A stretch of DNA of 62,328 nucleotides, the filler included. It is 11 parts of 11 records of this genome, joined end to end, with 100 filler letters (N's around TTAATTAATTAA, not from the genome) between each part and the next. Parts side by side here need not be neighbours in the genome. Positions count along the whole stretch, not along the records: positions 57,344 to 62,328 come from SRR15195285_507; 10 more parts are not named here. One strand, written 5' to 3'. Positions 61,928 to 62,328 of the stretch are shown piece by piece; positions within the stretch are counted from its first letter, which is position 1, and each line of letters starts with the position of its first letter. A program made the translations under genes and the position numbers. The notes under the pieces are model-generated. The model was given only the letters and a program-made list of their open reading frames with translations, did no database searches and was not told the origin of the DNA.

Positions 61928-62328
61928 TCCCAACTCTCTTCGCCTGGATCCGTGCGTCAAGCGAAACAGAATGCATCGCCAGTCGATCATTCGGACAAGC
62001 CATTGTGTCGCAGTGCCCGCACGTTCGTGGTGAGCGCCGAGCATCGTGAGCACAAGCTCGCGGTCGCGTGCCGTAAATGCGCGTGGTATCGGTTGGATCT
62101 ATGAATATAAATCTATCGGTAACTGGCAATGCATACCTTTAAATTCATGGTAGTGAGTTACCTTTCAAAAGGTACCTGAAGGTAGAGCTGCAAATAGATA
62201 TGGTAAATAGGAAATGGATAATTGGTGTGTTCCGACTACCTGTATTCTCAAATCCGACCGGGCTCCGCTGTGTGGTCGATTCTGAGAGTCGAGTACCCTT
62301 GCAAATTTACGCAATAGCATGTACTATT

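Noticed and set aside
1-62328. Functional gene cluster across the window
   Set aside because: Eleven independent contigs; adjacency across spacers is meaningless.

Overview
Eukaryotic (spliceosomal GT-AG introns, mostly 70-170 nt), GC-rich, gene-dense DNA. It consists of 11 unrelated contigs joined by ten artificial 100-nt N-TTAATTAATTAA-N spacers, so there is no synteny across spacers. Style (EPEPE tracts, domain-shuffled EF-hand/sushi/TIR proteins, CGCG-rich promoters) suggests an uncultured marine protist single-cell or metagenome assembly, possibly Picozoa; this is an untested inference. About 20 protein genes are supported, including TPP2, Rab7, a mitochondrial carrier, a folate-biopterin transporter, a METTL21-type methyltransferase, a GH95-like hydrolase, a KY-type transglutaminase-like protein, a class-V PLP enzyme, a PhyH dioxygenase, a TIR protein and EF-hand proteins. 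Highlights: (1) a two-copy ~170-bp TIR element with its own splice donor (inside the left TIR) and acceptor, sitting sense at gene 5' ends, i.e. an introner-like spliced MITE; (2) an intron in the TPP2 catalytic-serine motif built from decayed tandem copies of the adjacent exon, with gained CTAAC branch-point-like motifs; (3) a HEXIM-like protein in a non-animal; (4) a gustatory-receptor-like 7TM channel with WWE and RRM domains in a loop; (5) a covarying palindrome family; (6) an EGF/sushi multi-TM protein with a ubiquitin-like domain ending IRGG. All domain calls are by-eye motif recognition, not database searches.
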